64,000 nucleotides of DNA from a virus (taxonomy: Duplodnaviria > Heunggongvirae > Uroviricota > Caudoviricetes > Crassvirales), in IMG/VR virus record IMGVR_UViG_3300017605_000245, positions 1 through 64,000 of that record. The stretch is one strand, 5' to 3'. Of the stretch, positions 11,166 through 19,449 are shown one piece after another. Each line of letters opens with the position of its first letter. Position 1 is the stretch's first letter. The position numbers were made by a program, and so were the translations under genes. The notes beneath the pieces were generated by a model. That model ran no database searches, was not told the origin of the DNA, and worked only from the letters and a program-made list of their open reading frames with translations.

Positions 11166-11732
11166 TTATATTTCTCCAAAACCTTCTTCAAAAACGTTTA
11201 AGGTTTTACTACCTTTAGTACGTCCTTCCATTTCTTGTTTCTCTTTTAAAATCTCTTTTTCAGCAGCTTTTAAGTTCTGCATAATCTTAGGTAATTTTTC
11301 TTGTGCAGCAACAATCATTGGTAATGTTGTAACTGTACCACCTTTATCTGTACGTTCTCTTAATAGTACATCTGTCATTCTTAGATATTCACCTACGTCA
11401 TTTGCGGACTTTAATGCATCTTTATATAGTTTCTCTAGAACTGTCTCTGAACGTCTAGTATAAAAATCTATGGCATCCTGTATACGTTGATCTATCTTCC
11501 AATCATAAGGTAAGTCAATGTCTCTAATGATCTCTTGTTTACGCTCCTCATCTTCTGCAATAATTAAATAATCTGATTTAATATCACAATAATAATAGAC
11601 AAATAACATTTCTTTTAAAGCTGTAGCCTTATCTCTACTTTTATCTTTCTTTAAGATTGCTTTAAATGGAAGAAGTCCCCAACATTCTTCGCGAACATTG
11701 AGAACCCCATCTTTAAATTCAAATAATCTCAT
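11166..11732 (-). CDS. Hypothetical protein (terminase small subunit possible by position only)
   Basis: 188-aa ORF upstream of the chaperonin and TerL genes. No motif recognised. Confidence 0.3.
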   Translation of the reverse strand: MRLFEFKDGVLNVREECWGLLPFKAILKKDKSRDKATALKEMLFVYYYCDIKSDYLIIAEDEERKQEIIRDIDLPYDWKIDQRIQDAIDFYTRRSETVLEKLYKDALKSANDVGEYLRMTDVLLRERTDKGGTVTTLPMIVAAQEKLPKIMQNLKAAEKEILKEKQEMEGRTKGSKTLNVFEEGFGEI

Positions 11733-12121
11733 TATTTCTTTCTAGTTCTAGTTTTCTTAACAGGAGTTTCTTCAACTTGTTTTTCAGAATCTAAACCGTT
11801 TCTAAGATTTTCAGTTGCTGTTCGATATGCTTGAAGTTCTGTATCATATTTATGTTCTAATTCTCTATATCTTTCAATATAGTTATTTAAATTTGTATAC
11901 AAACCATTAATTTCTGTTTCTGAACGATTTAGTTTATCTTCTAATTCTAGCTTTTCAGTAACAACATCTTCTTTAAGAACTTTCTGATACCAACCATACA
12001 ATAGGGGTAGTATAATACCATTAATTAATCCTACCTGTTCTAAGGTAATCATATTAAAAATTACAGCTACTGCTGTTGAAAGGATAACTGCTGACCCTAT
12101 GTAAAAAATTGTGTTCTTCAT
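11732..12121 (-). CDS. Membrane-anchored coiled-coil protein
   Basis: N-terminal hydrophobic helix (IFYIGSAVILSTAVAVIFNMI ... GIILPLLYGWY), followed by a coiled-coil and a basic tail (KKTRTRKK). Start overlaps the upstream gene stop by 1 nt. Confidence 0.35.
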   Translation of the reverse strand: MKNTIFYIGSAVILSTAVAVIFNMITLEQVGLINGIILPLLYGWYQKVLKEDVVTEKLELEDKLNRSETEINGLYTNLNNYIERYRELEHKYDTELQAYRTATENLRNGLDSEKQVEETPVKKTRTRKK

Positions 12122-12122
12122 A

Positions 12123-12482
12123 TTATTGTTTATATTTAGCTTTAATCATTCTATCTTCTACTATTGCAAATGTATATGTTTCAAATGTAATAGGGTCTAA
12201 CTTAATTCTCTGAATGTATTCATGTGAGTTCTCGGGATTAATTTCCTTAATCATCATCTTTTCTAAGTCTAGAATTACTCTTTGACCTACTTCAACATCT
12301 TTAACCATACTACCTTTAGCAAGGATATATTGTGTTTCAGACATTACATTATCAGATAAAATTAAATTGTTATCTGGGTTTTCTCTATTTAAAGTAATGA
12401 TTACTTTATTAAACATTGGTTCCTTATCTAGTAATGGAATAACTAATTCTACTTCTTCTCTATTCAGATTATTCTCTGTCAT
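12123..12482 (-). CDS. Possible GroES/gp31-like co-chaperonin (weak)
   Basis: 119 aa, two genes upstream of the GroEL-like gene. A beta-rich segment ILAKGSMVKDVEVGQRVILD resembles GroES VLAVGNG...VKVGDIVIF, and phage T4 encodes the co-chaperonin gp31 for its capsid. The resemblance was judged by eye only. Confidence 0.3.
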   Translation of the reverse strand: MTENNLNREEVELVIPLLDKEPMFNKVIITLNRENPDNNLILSDNVMSETQYILAKGSMVKDVEVGQRVILDLEKMMIKEINPENSHEYIQRIKLDPITFETYTFAIVEDRMIKAKYKQ

Positions 12483-12726
12483 CTTCTTTTAATTTAAATG
12501 TATTTTTATTAATATACAACTTCCCTATATATTTAAAATAGAAAGTTGTTTTCATTTCTTCTAACTCTTCTCTGGTTAGACCAGTTAATTCTAATTCTCT
12601 TATTTTCTCTTGTGCAAACTTAAATTGAGATTCTATAATCTCTCTTATTTCAACATCTCTTAAATTGTATTTTAATCCTAAACTATGAATTAATTGATTT
12701 ACTTTCTCTTCGTGGATTTTCTTCAT
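12469..12726 (-). CDS. Hypothetical protein
   Basis: 85-aa ORF in a tightly overlapping minus-strand series. K/E-rich. Confidence 0.3.
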   Translation of the reverse strand: MKKIHEEKVNQLIHSLGLKYNLRDVEIREIIESQFKFAQEKIRELELTGLTREELEEMKTTFYFKYIGKLYINKNTFKLKEDDRE

Positions 12727-13102
12727 ATATAAGTCTAAAATTAAATATTAATTTAAACTGTTTTGTCTTCTTATCAATATCAGGAACATAGTTTTTATTA
12801 ATCTGATTATCCATAATCACTTTAGACTTTCTTAATGACGATAATAAATTCTCAATAGAACCTATCTGAATACCCATCTCGTCAGATATAAGTACCTTCG
12901 TATCATAATCAAATACCTCCTTCCATAATATCTTATTATTTGTAATCTCTTTACTTAATTCATAGTGACGATATAATAGCAAAGATAATAAGACTTGTTG
13001 TTGTTTATTAAGTTTATGTAGAGGTCTTGTGAACTCTATCCACTTAAAGAAGAAGTCTTTAATTCTAATATTAATATTTGCTATCTTTTCATCTTTATTC
13101 AT
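12683..13102 (-). CDS. Hypothetical protein
   Basis: 139-aa ORF in the same operon series. Confidence 0.3.
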   Translation of the reverse strand: MNKDEKIANINIRIKDFFFKWIEFTRPLHKLNKQQQVLLSLLLYRHYELSKEITNNKILWKEVFDYDTKVLISDEMGIQIGSIENLLSSLRKSKVIMDNQINKNYVPDIDKKTKQFKLIFNFRLIYEENPRRESKSINS

Positions 13103-13766
13103 TTTCTAAATAGTTAATAATGTCTGTTAATATTAGATTTCTATGATTAGCTGTTAATGTTTTAAATCCTACTAATCCTGAATCCTGTAATTTAAGAATT
13201 CTGTGTAAACAACTATTACCATTGATAGATTTGTCTATTTGTTCTTTAGAACCACAGAAAATCATTTTACTACCTTTACCAAGTCTAGTAAGAATAGTTC
13301 TAAAATCGCTATAATCCATATCTTGAAATTCATCTACAATAACTACAGACTTAATGAATGTAACTCCTTTAGCAACTTCAATAGGCATAATCTTAATATC
13401 TCCTTCTTTCAACATCTTATCTGTTTGTTCTTTACCTTGACAAACCTCTAAGTTCTGTATAATAGGAAAGGTATAAGGAGCCATCTTTTCTTCCAGTGTT
13501 CCAGGAAGAGCAGCTAAGTTATTCTTTAACATAGGACGTGTAATCCATATATTATCAATACTAAACTCTTTACTTCTCTTTCTATACGCTTTTAATGCAG
13601 TATGTACTGCAGCTAATGATTTACCTGAACCAAAGTCTCCTAATAAGAAGTTTACATCGTACTGATAAAATAAAGCTACAAACTCTTTTTGTTCTTCGTT
13701 TAATTCAACTTTCAATTTAGGTTCTGTTTTCAGTTCCTGTTTCTCACTATTTAGAGTCTTTGCCAT
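13095..13766 (-). CDS. phoH: PhoH-like ATPase
   Basis: Walker A GDFGSGKS. PhoH-family blocks ITRPMLKNNLAALPGTLEEKMAPYTFP and VVIVDEFQDM...ILTRLGKGSKMIFCGSKEQID. The ORF track starts at 13841, but the MAKTLNS start at 13766 avoids overlap with the upstream gene. PhoH is common in large phages. Confidence 0.75.
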   Translation of the reverse strand: MAKTLNSEKQELKTEPKLKVELNEEQKEFVALFYQYDVNFLLGDFGSGKSLAAVHTALKAYRKRSKEFSIDNIWITRPMLKNNLAALPGTLEEKMAPYTFPIIQNLEVCQGKEQTDKMLKEGDIKIMPIEVAKGVTFIKSVVIVDEFQDMDYSDFRTILTRLGKGSKMIFCGSKEQIDKSINGNSCLHRILKLQDSGLVGFKTLTANHRNLILTDIINYLENE

Positions 13767-14064
13767 TGATAAATTTATTATATTCGTAAATATTTTCAAA
13801 TTCTTGCAATTCATTTTTAGATCCACATCTAAAACACACATCGTTATCTACATCATCTGTGATAATATGTAAGCTTTTACAGTATTTACATGCTACAACT
13901 GGTTCACTGTCATAGTCTTTTTTATCTTCTTTCATAATCTTAATTCTATTTTCTAAATCAGTTACCCACTCAGTATCATATACTGGAAATGGAGCCATAC
14001 TATTGTAATAGTTAACGTGGACCAGTAATTTCTCTAGATGTTTGAGTGTTATATTCCTTTTCAT
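13747..14064 (-). CDS. Small zinc-ribbon protein
   Basis: 105 aa with CKYC...CFRC (two CxxC pairs). Confidence 0.35.
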   Translation of the reverse strand: MKRNITLKHLEKLLVHVNYYNSMAPFPVYDTEWVTDLENRIKIMKEDKKDYDSEPVVACKYCKSLHIITDDVDNDVCFRCGSKNELQEFENIYEYNKFINGKDSK

Positions 14065-14272
14065 TATTAATCGTTATTTCAATTTTCCATCTATCCTCTA
14101 TTTGATTTAAATCTAATTTGTATCTACAACTAGAGTGTCTTTGTTTAAATCTCTCTATTCGCTCCTCAAATTCTATAATATAATCTAATGAGTCATTCAG
14201 TGATTCTTTATATACCGTGTATGTTTTATTTAACATCATTAGTTTCTTTAAAGTTACACCAATCTTCCTCAT
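14012..14272 (-). CDS. Hypothetical protein
   Basis: 86-aa ORF in the overlapping operon series. Confidence 0.3.
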   Translation of the reverse strand: MRKIGVTLKKLMMLNKTYTVYKESLNDSLDYIIEFEERIERFKQRHSSCRYKLDLNQIEDRWKIEITINNEKEYNTQTSREITGPR

Positions 14273-14525
14273 TCATTAAATCAGGAAACTTATCAGGATT
14301 ACATGATTGACTAACATACAGCTTACCAGGTACTGAACAACCACATTTCTCACATGCACCAGCTATTAAACAACCTTTACATAACAGCATTCTATAAGCA
14401 ATCTGTTCTTGTATATGTTCACCAACTAAACCTACATTATCTAACATCATTCTAGAATTACCTTCTAGATATTGTCTAATATTCTTAAGTGTTATCTTCC
14501 CCATCTTCTTTATGTAGTTTAGCAA
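14226..14525 (-). CDS. Cys-rich hypothetical protein
   Basis: 99 aa with a CKGCLIAGACEKCGC cluster, a possible metal-binding knot. Confidence 0.3.
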   Translation of the reverse strand: MLNYIKKMGKITLKNIRQYLEGNSRMMLDNVGLVGEHIQEQIAYRMLLCKGCLIAGACEKCGCSVPGKLYVSQSCNPDKFPDLMNEEDWCNFKETNDVK

Positions 14526-14751
14526 GTACTAAAAACATTTCCATATTATCTAAATCTCTACCATAAATAGGTTGAGTATATTCATTTAGATTCTCTTCTG
14601 TAAATTCTATATCAGGATAACTTAATCTTAGTTCCTGAGAGAGACTTTCCATCTCTCCCATTATACTATAAAACCCTTTAATATGTTTCTTTATCTTCTT
14701 ATCTTCTTGGAGTTTCATTTGTCTAACTCCTTGCTTCATAAAGTTACTCAT
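14485..14751 (-). CDS. Hypothetical protein
   Basis: 88-aa ORF. Confidence 0.3.
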   Translation of the reverse strand: MSNFMKQGVRQMKLQEDKKIKKHIKGFYSIMGEMESLSQELRLSYPDIEFTEENLNEYTQPIYGRDLDNMEMFLVLAKLHKEDGEDNT

Positions 14752-15002
14752 TATTTACCGTGTGTCATTAAATAGTTATATTCATCTCTTGTTAATATAA
14801 CACAATCTAGTTCTAATTCAATGTCCATTAAATCATCTTTAGGATAATGTTTTGTATGCTTAACATATTCTGTGTGATTTCTAATTGCATCAAATAACAT
14901 TGTATTCTTCTCAAACATTAGATTAGATTCATTTAATCCATCGTTATATAAGTTCTGAGTAATTGTTTTCTTAATATATAAATTGTCCATCTTCTTAATC
15001 AT
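14751..15002 (-). CDS. Hypothetical protein
   Basis: 83-aa ORF. Stop/start overlaps with its neighbours. Confidence 0.3.
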   Translation of the reverse strand: MIKKMDNLYIKKTITQNLYNDGLNESNLMFEKNTMLFDAIRNHTEYVKHTKHYPKDDLMDIELELDCVILTRDEYNYLMTHGK

Positions 15003-15288
15003 TCATTTTGTAATTTAAACGTTGTTCACCTACTATTTTATTTCCTTCTCTATTAAACATTAACTTCTCTTTAATGTAACCAGTCTTGTTTCTAACAAAG
15101 ATTTGAGCAACTAATACATTACCTTCATCAAGGTAAAGACCTACATTAACATCGTTTAATCTATCACCCATATACTTCTTTGAGAAGTAATTGTATCTTA
15201 AGAATACATCTGCTTGATTTACTGTAAGGTCTTCTTTAATCTCATTGAACTTTTGCTCAACATCTAGAAATAATTTATTTTGATTCAT
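14995..15288 (-). CDS. Hypothetical protein
   Basis: 97-aa ORF. Confidence 0.3.
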   Translation of the reverse strand: MNQNKLFLDVEQKFNEIKEDLTVNQADVFLRYNYFSKKYMGDRLNDVNVGLYLDEGNVLVAQIFVRNKTGYIKEKLMFNREGNKIVGEQRLNYKMND

Positions 15289-15408
15289 TATATTGTCTGA
15301 TTTGTTCTAAGGTTATTTTAATTTGTTCTTGAAGGTCTTTCTTCATATAAGCTTCTAATTCTTCTTTAGAAATATTCCATTCTTCATTAAAAAATATTTG
15401 TTCTTCCA

Positions 15409-15639
15409 TTATAGTGTTTCATTATATCTATTAACTAGATATTGTGTGAATGCTCCATTATCAAAGTTCTTACTCATATCTAGATAAATTCTAATATCAA
15501 TTGAACTACCATCTGGTAAAGTAACTCTACACTTCTCAAACTTACATGTAGCTACCCAGTCTTCAAATCCTACTGGTTGCTGGTCTGTATAAACTACATT
15601 TATCTCAAAACAACATTCTGTATCTAATCCTATTTTCAT
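15409..15639 (-). CDS. Hypothetical protein
   Basis: 76-aa ORF. Confidence 0.3.
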   Translation of the reverse strand: MKIGLDTECCFEINVVYTDQQPVGFEDWVATCKFEKCRVTLPDGSSIDIRIYLDMSKNFDNGAFTQYLVNRYNETL

Positions 15640-15711
15640 ATCTCATTATTTATAGTACAAAGATAAGGAATGTTTTTGACATATGCAAGTAAAAAGTGAA
15701 TTATTTTTAAA

Positions 15712-16254
15712 TTATTTTTTCTTATCCATATTTAACGATTCCACACCCCATTGTTGGTCTTGAATTAATCTGAAAGTACGTGCAATAGCAAAACTTGTTA
15801 TCTTAAAGTATTCAAATTTCAATCCATAATCTAAAGAGTTTAATTTATTCAAAACTGTTCCTTCTATATCAGAAGGATTTATTTCATTAGAATTTTTAGT
15901 GAAAATAAATGAAGCTACTTCACTTGAAGCAATATTACTAATTGTTGTTTCAGGATGATATAGTGTGTCATATAATTTTTGAATATCTACAATAGAATAA
16001 CCAATAGCTGAAGAAATAGTAATAGTTTTACTGTCTTTAGTGGTCACTGTTTGTGTAGGTGTGTCACCAATTCTCAATCTTGATTCTTGAATATAAACAC
16101 TGTCAAAATATGGTATTTTAAAATAAATACCTTTTTCTAATAGTTTTGTCTTATTGCCATTTCTAACTCTTATTCCTTGTTGCCAAGGTTGAATTATCAC
16201 CCAAATTTTAAATACATCAAAAATGTATTCGAAGAACTCTTTTATTTGTAACAT
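15712..16254 (-). CDS. SPFH/band-7 (stomatin/HflC-like) domain protein
   Basis: The N-terminal block VIIQPWQQGIRVRNGNKTKLLEKGIYFKIPYFDSVYIQESRL matches the SPFH pattern (V.QGE.GVV.RFGK...L.PGLHF.IPFID.V..V.LR). Start overlaps the upstream protease gene stop by 1 nt, which points to translational coupling. Confidence 0.6.
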   Translation of the reverse strand: MLQIKEFFEYIFDVFKIWVIIQPWQQGIRVRNGNKTKLLEKGIYFKIPYFDSVYIQESRLRIGDTPTQTVTTKDSKTITISSAIGYSIVDIQKLYDTLYHPETTISNIASSEVASFIFTKNSNEINPSDIEGTVLNKLNSLDYGLKFEYFKITSFAIARTFRLIQDQQWGVESLNMDKKK

Positions 16255-16787
16255 TATTTCTTACCTACTTTAAGTCTACCAAAATCCTTTCTATAAATAA
16301 CTACATCGTCTCCTGCAAAATACTGTTTAATTTCTTTAGATGTTAACCCAAGTTTCTTAAATTTAGTAGCAAGTCTCTCATTAATTTCTTTTAGTTGTTT
16401 ATACTCTTCCTCTTTATTGAAAGGTGTCTTTCTAAATTTACCACCAAACTCCATATCACCCATATGAAATAGAATCCATAATAAATCATCTGTTACATAT
16501 ACTGGTGCAGTACAATCTGTTAATAAGAAAGTACCTGCGGAAGCAATACCGCCAACTAAATGTACATTACAATCTGGATGACCGTTGATGAAATGAATAA
16601 GTGCATTCATAGAAACCATACATCCACCTGGTGTTGTTATAAATAAATCTACTGAAGGTACTCCTACAAGTACATCTATTAACTCTTGCACTGTCTCTGG
16701 TGTAATCTCGTCATTAAAGATACGGACATATCTTACGAACTCTGCTTCTTGTTCAAACATATTATTAGTTTTAAATTTGTAGTACAA
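16254..16787 (-). CDS. ClpP/NfeD-like serine protease (S14/S49-type fold)
   Basis: ITTPGGCMVSMNALIHFI...VGGIASAGTFLL parallels ClpP INSPGG...AIYDTM...GQAASMGAFLL, including the catalytic Ser position. It could be the prohead protease or an NfeD partner of the adjacent SPFH gene. Confidence 0.6.
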   Translation of the reverse strand: MYYKFKTNNMFEQEAEFVRYVRIFNDEITPETVQELIDVLVGVPSVDLFITTPGGCMVSMNALIHFINGHPDCNVHLVGGIASAGTFLLTDCTAPVYVTDDLLWILFHMGDMEFGGKFRKTPFNKEEEYKQLKEINERLATKFKKLGLTSKEIKQYFAGDDVVIYRKDFGRLKVGKK

Positions 16788-16855
16788 AGATAATGAATTA
16801 ATTTCACATATCCAAATTTATTTGCAATTATTTTCAACTTATTTCACAATTAGAC

Positions 16856-16888
16856 ATAAAAAAACCCGCTACAATTAAGTAGCAGGTT
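16856..16888 (-). terminator. Rho-independent terminator-like hairpin (minus strand)
   Basis: Minus-strand read: CTGCTAC-TTAATT-GTAGCGG followed by TTTTTTT. The stop codon of the upstream gene lies in the loop. Confidence 0.45.
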
Positions 16889-17096
16889 CAAAATCCTTAT
16901 TATATTTGAGTATTCGTTTCAATAACTTATCTGGTTCTAATATTTTTAGAAGTTGAGTCTTATTCAGACCATACACGTCTGTGTAATCATGCAATTCTAT
17001 ATAACCCATCTTAAACTGCATTCTATATTCCAATACTTTTATCAGTTCTTTAATCTTATTTTCGTAATTGTTACGAGGACTGTTTCTTTTTGCCAT
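16875..17096 (-). CDS. Hypothetical protein
   Basis: 73 aa. First gene of the minus-strand block, followed by a terminator-like hairpin. Confidence 0.3.
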   Translation of the reverse strand: MAKRNSPRNNYENKIKELIKVLEYRMQFKMGYIELHDYTDVYGLNKTQLLKILEPDKLLKRILKYNKDFEPAT

Positions 17097-17601
17097 GACT
17101 TCAATTTAAATTAGATATAAAAATCCCCTAAGCCGACGTTTAAGTCAGTTAACGAGATATCACTATTCGCTTCAACTTATAAACCTTATATGATTGCCGT
17201 ACGTATGCTTAATAGCTTCACCCTCATGATACCCCAATGTTATATCACCCAATCAATTTCAATTCCATCTCTCGATGTTTAAAGTCCTTTTCACAACTAC
17301 CGGAGAAACCTCATCCACTATGTCGTATATTATTCCAATACTGCAGATTACTACCCGATGTCTTTAGGTCTAATACTTTCGCCTCAACCTCGATACTCTT
17401 TTGGAGTGTTGTTCACATTAATTACTGCAAATATACAAAATAAGTTTGACAATTCCTAATTTTTTTGCAACTATTTTATATGAAAAACTCATTATTTTTG
17501 TGAGTACCTGTATTTACTGGGATTTTAACCTTAAAAATATTTTTTTGGTAATTTTACAAATGATTTTCATTAACGTATGTGTAGACTAATTAGAATCATC
17601 A

Positions 17602-17683
17602 CCCCACCTTCATCGAACTTTGGGGATATACCCCGTAGTAAATTAGAAGTTTCAGTCCACTTAGGTCGAACTTCGGGGAAATA
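17602..17683 (+). promoter_or_regulatory. Two 27-nt imperfect direct repeats (R1 17602-17630, R2 17655-17683) upstream of the isolated GC-rich gene
   Basis: cCaCcTtcaTCGAACTTtGGGGAtATA versus cCaCtTaggTCGAACTTcGGGGAaATA: 21 of 27 positions identical, spaced 53 nt apart. R1 can also fold as ccccA(14)Tgggg. Candidate operator or promoter element; function unproven. Confidence 0.35.
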
Positions 17684-17752
17684 GTTTCCTTTTATGTTTA
17701 ACCAGAGCTACTGATGTCATGTATCGACCTTAGCTCACAATACTCACACACT

Positions 17753-18205
17753 ATGAATAAATTACACCTTACCACAGCACCAAGACTTGCAATGAATCGT
17801 AATGCAGCAGGTGAATTAGTTCCTTCCATTGACACTGTTAGTGGATTACAGGACATCAATGTTGCAGGATACTTAGTGTCTATCAAGCCTTCACCTATCG
17901 AGTACACACGTGCTGATGGTACTACAGGTACAGCCTACCAAGGTGTGTCCTTAGTAGCTAACGACAAAGGCGTTGAGACTACTGTAACAGTGTTAATCAA
18001 TGGTTCTGCTATTGAGAACGTTGAAGCAGGACAGACTTATTGGTTGACAGAACGTGTATCTAAAGACGGTCAGTACACTAACTACACACAAGGTGACTTG
18101 TTAGTAATGACTGCTGTTGACGCATCTGTTGCTACTAACAGACGTGCTGCATTACTTGCTAAAGCTGCTGAGGCTACTGCACCAGCTGTTGCTATTGCAC
18201 AGTAG
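17753..18205 (+). CDS. Stand-alone gene with atypical GC-richer, 'highly expressed' codon usage; function unknown (Ala-rich C-terminus)
   Basis: ORF 17714-18205. The more plausible start is MNKLHLTTAPRL at 17753. Codons are almost exclusively the gct/ggt/act/gtt/cgt/gac/aac type (Arg = cgt, whereas other genes use aga). Local GC is well above its surroundings. Flanked by a 600-nt ORF-free leader and its own terminator. Confidence 0.5.
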   Translation: MNKLHLTTAPRLAMNRNAAGELVPSIDTVSGLQDINVAGYLVSIKPSPIEYTRADGTTGTAYQGVSLVANDKGVETTVTVLINGSAIENVEAGQTYWLTERVSKDGQYTNYTQGDLLVMTAVDASVATNRRAALLAKAAEATAPAVAIAQ

Positions 18206-18224
18206 TGATTTAACACCTAGAATA

Positions 18225-18258
18225 ATAGGGACGACTTAACCGTTGTCCTTATTATTTT
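18225..18258 (+). terminator. Rho-independent terminator
   Basis: GGGACGAC-TTAACC-GTTGTCC (7-8 bp stem with one G·U pair) followed by TTATTATTTTA, 20 nt after the stop at 18205. Confidence 0.6.
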
Positions 18259-18870
18259 ACCTATTAATTAGAGGCATCACTCAACAATTTCTTTCGTGGT
18301 AGAATTTTTAACACTCAATCATTATATGTTGCATAAATCTTTTACACCTATATATATTATGTGTGATGAGAGATGAGGTTGTGTGCTGTTTATCAATTCC
18401 CTAATCTCAACATATTCCCATATACTCATTAATTTGAGTCTCAACTATATCAAATATAGCCTTTATACATCATTTTACAATCACTAGTATAATCACATTT
18501 TACTACATATGTCGTGTTCAATCGGAACATTATGGTGTATAAATTGCTATTATCTTTACAATTCTAACTACAAATTACTAACTAAAACTACAATATTATG
18601 ATTAAATTAGCATACATTGTTGTACTTATGAATATCTTAATTGCAATTATACACAACAACGTTCATTCAATGATGGGTTGGATGTGCTGTATAATTTACA
18701 TTAGAGCATATGAACAACAATATTAAAACTGACTCCTAGCCTAAGGGTGGACATAGAAGGCATATTATTTACAATATAACCTATTATATATTGTATCTTA
18801 CATAAACTCTGTTTAGTAATTTATAGAGGAAAACTGGGATAGGCAGGAATAATTACACAATCTTTTTAAT

Positions 18871-18905
18871 AAGACTACAATGTAATGTTGTAGTCTTATT
18901 TTATT
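18871..18905 (+). terminator. Rho-independent terminator inside ORF-free region
   Basis: Perfect 10-bp stem AAGACTACAA / TTGTAGTCTT with 7-nt loop TGTAATG, followed by ATTTTATTATT. Confidence 0.65.
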
Positions 18906-19109
18906 ATTAACCATTAATCTTATATAACCATGGAACATTATTATATTGTTAAAGACTCACAACACAATGTTATTGTGCAGTCATCAATGCATGAACTAAC
19001 TATAGGTGGATTATATCACACAGATAATGGTTCAATGATACCACTTCAACTAATTTGTTTAAACTAACTAAATATACATTATATATTATACTTATAAATT
19101 ATATCAAAA

Positions 19110-19138
19110 GAATGCTGTCATTGTATAGCATTCTTTTT
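19110..19138 (+). terminator. Rho-independent terminator inside ORF-free region
   Basis: GAATGCT-GTCATTGTAT-AGCATTC (7-bp stem) followed by TTTTTAA. Confidence 0.55.
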
Positions 19139-19449
19139 AATGCATCATTTCACATTCCCAAGGTGTGACTATTATAAGTTACTGTCCAGTCAGTATTTAC
19201 AGAGTAAGAACTGCTTATAATAGAATGCAGAGGGTTTACATTTTAATAACCAGAGATGATAGAAGGTGTGCTGGCTCACCGTGAACATTACACAAAAATA
19301 ACTTTATAATGAAATCCCATATTACCTTTGGATGTAGTTTGTACTACTAGTTATACACAACAAAAATGTCAAGTTATCTCTAACCTCACTTAAATGTGCA
19401 ATAGAGTTTTTATAGACATTTACTTTTTAACCAACAAATAAAAATAATT

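Noticed and set aside
17237-17443. 68-aa plus-strand ORF in the strand-switch region
   Set aside because: Low-complexity, Cys/Pro/Ser-rich translation with no start context. It lies in a compositionally odd, pyrimidine-rich block, which is more likely non-coding (see finding).
17598-17690. R1/R2 repeats as minus-strand tRNA genes
   Set aside because: Each contains TCGAAC, but the reverse complements lack T-stem pairing and acceptor stems. They were kept as regulatory repeats instead.
17714-17752. Upstream ATG (17714) as start of the GC-rich gene
   Set aside because: The first 13 codons (MSCIDLSSQYSHT) have background-like composition, unlike the rest of the gene. The ATG at 17753 (MNKLHL...) is the more plausible start, but the longer form cannot be excluded.
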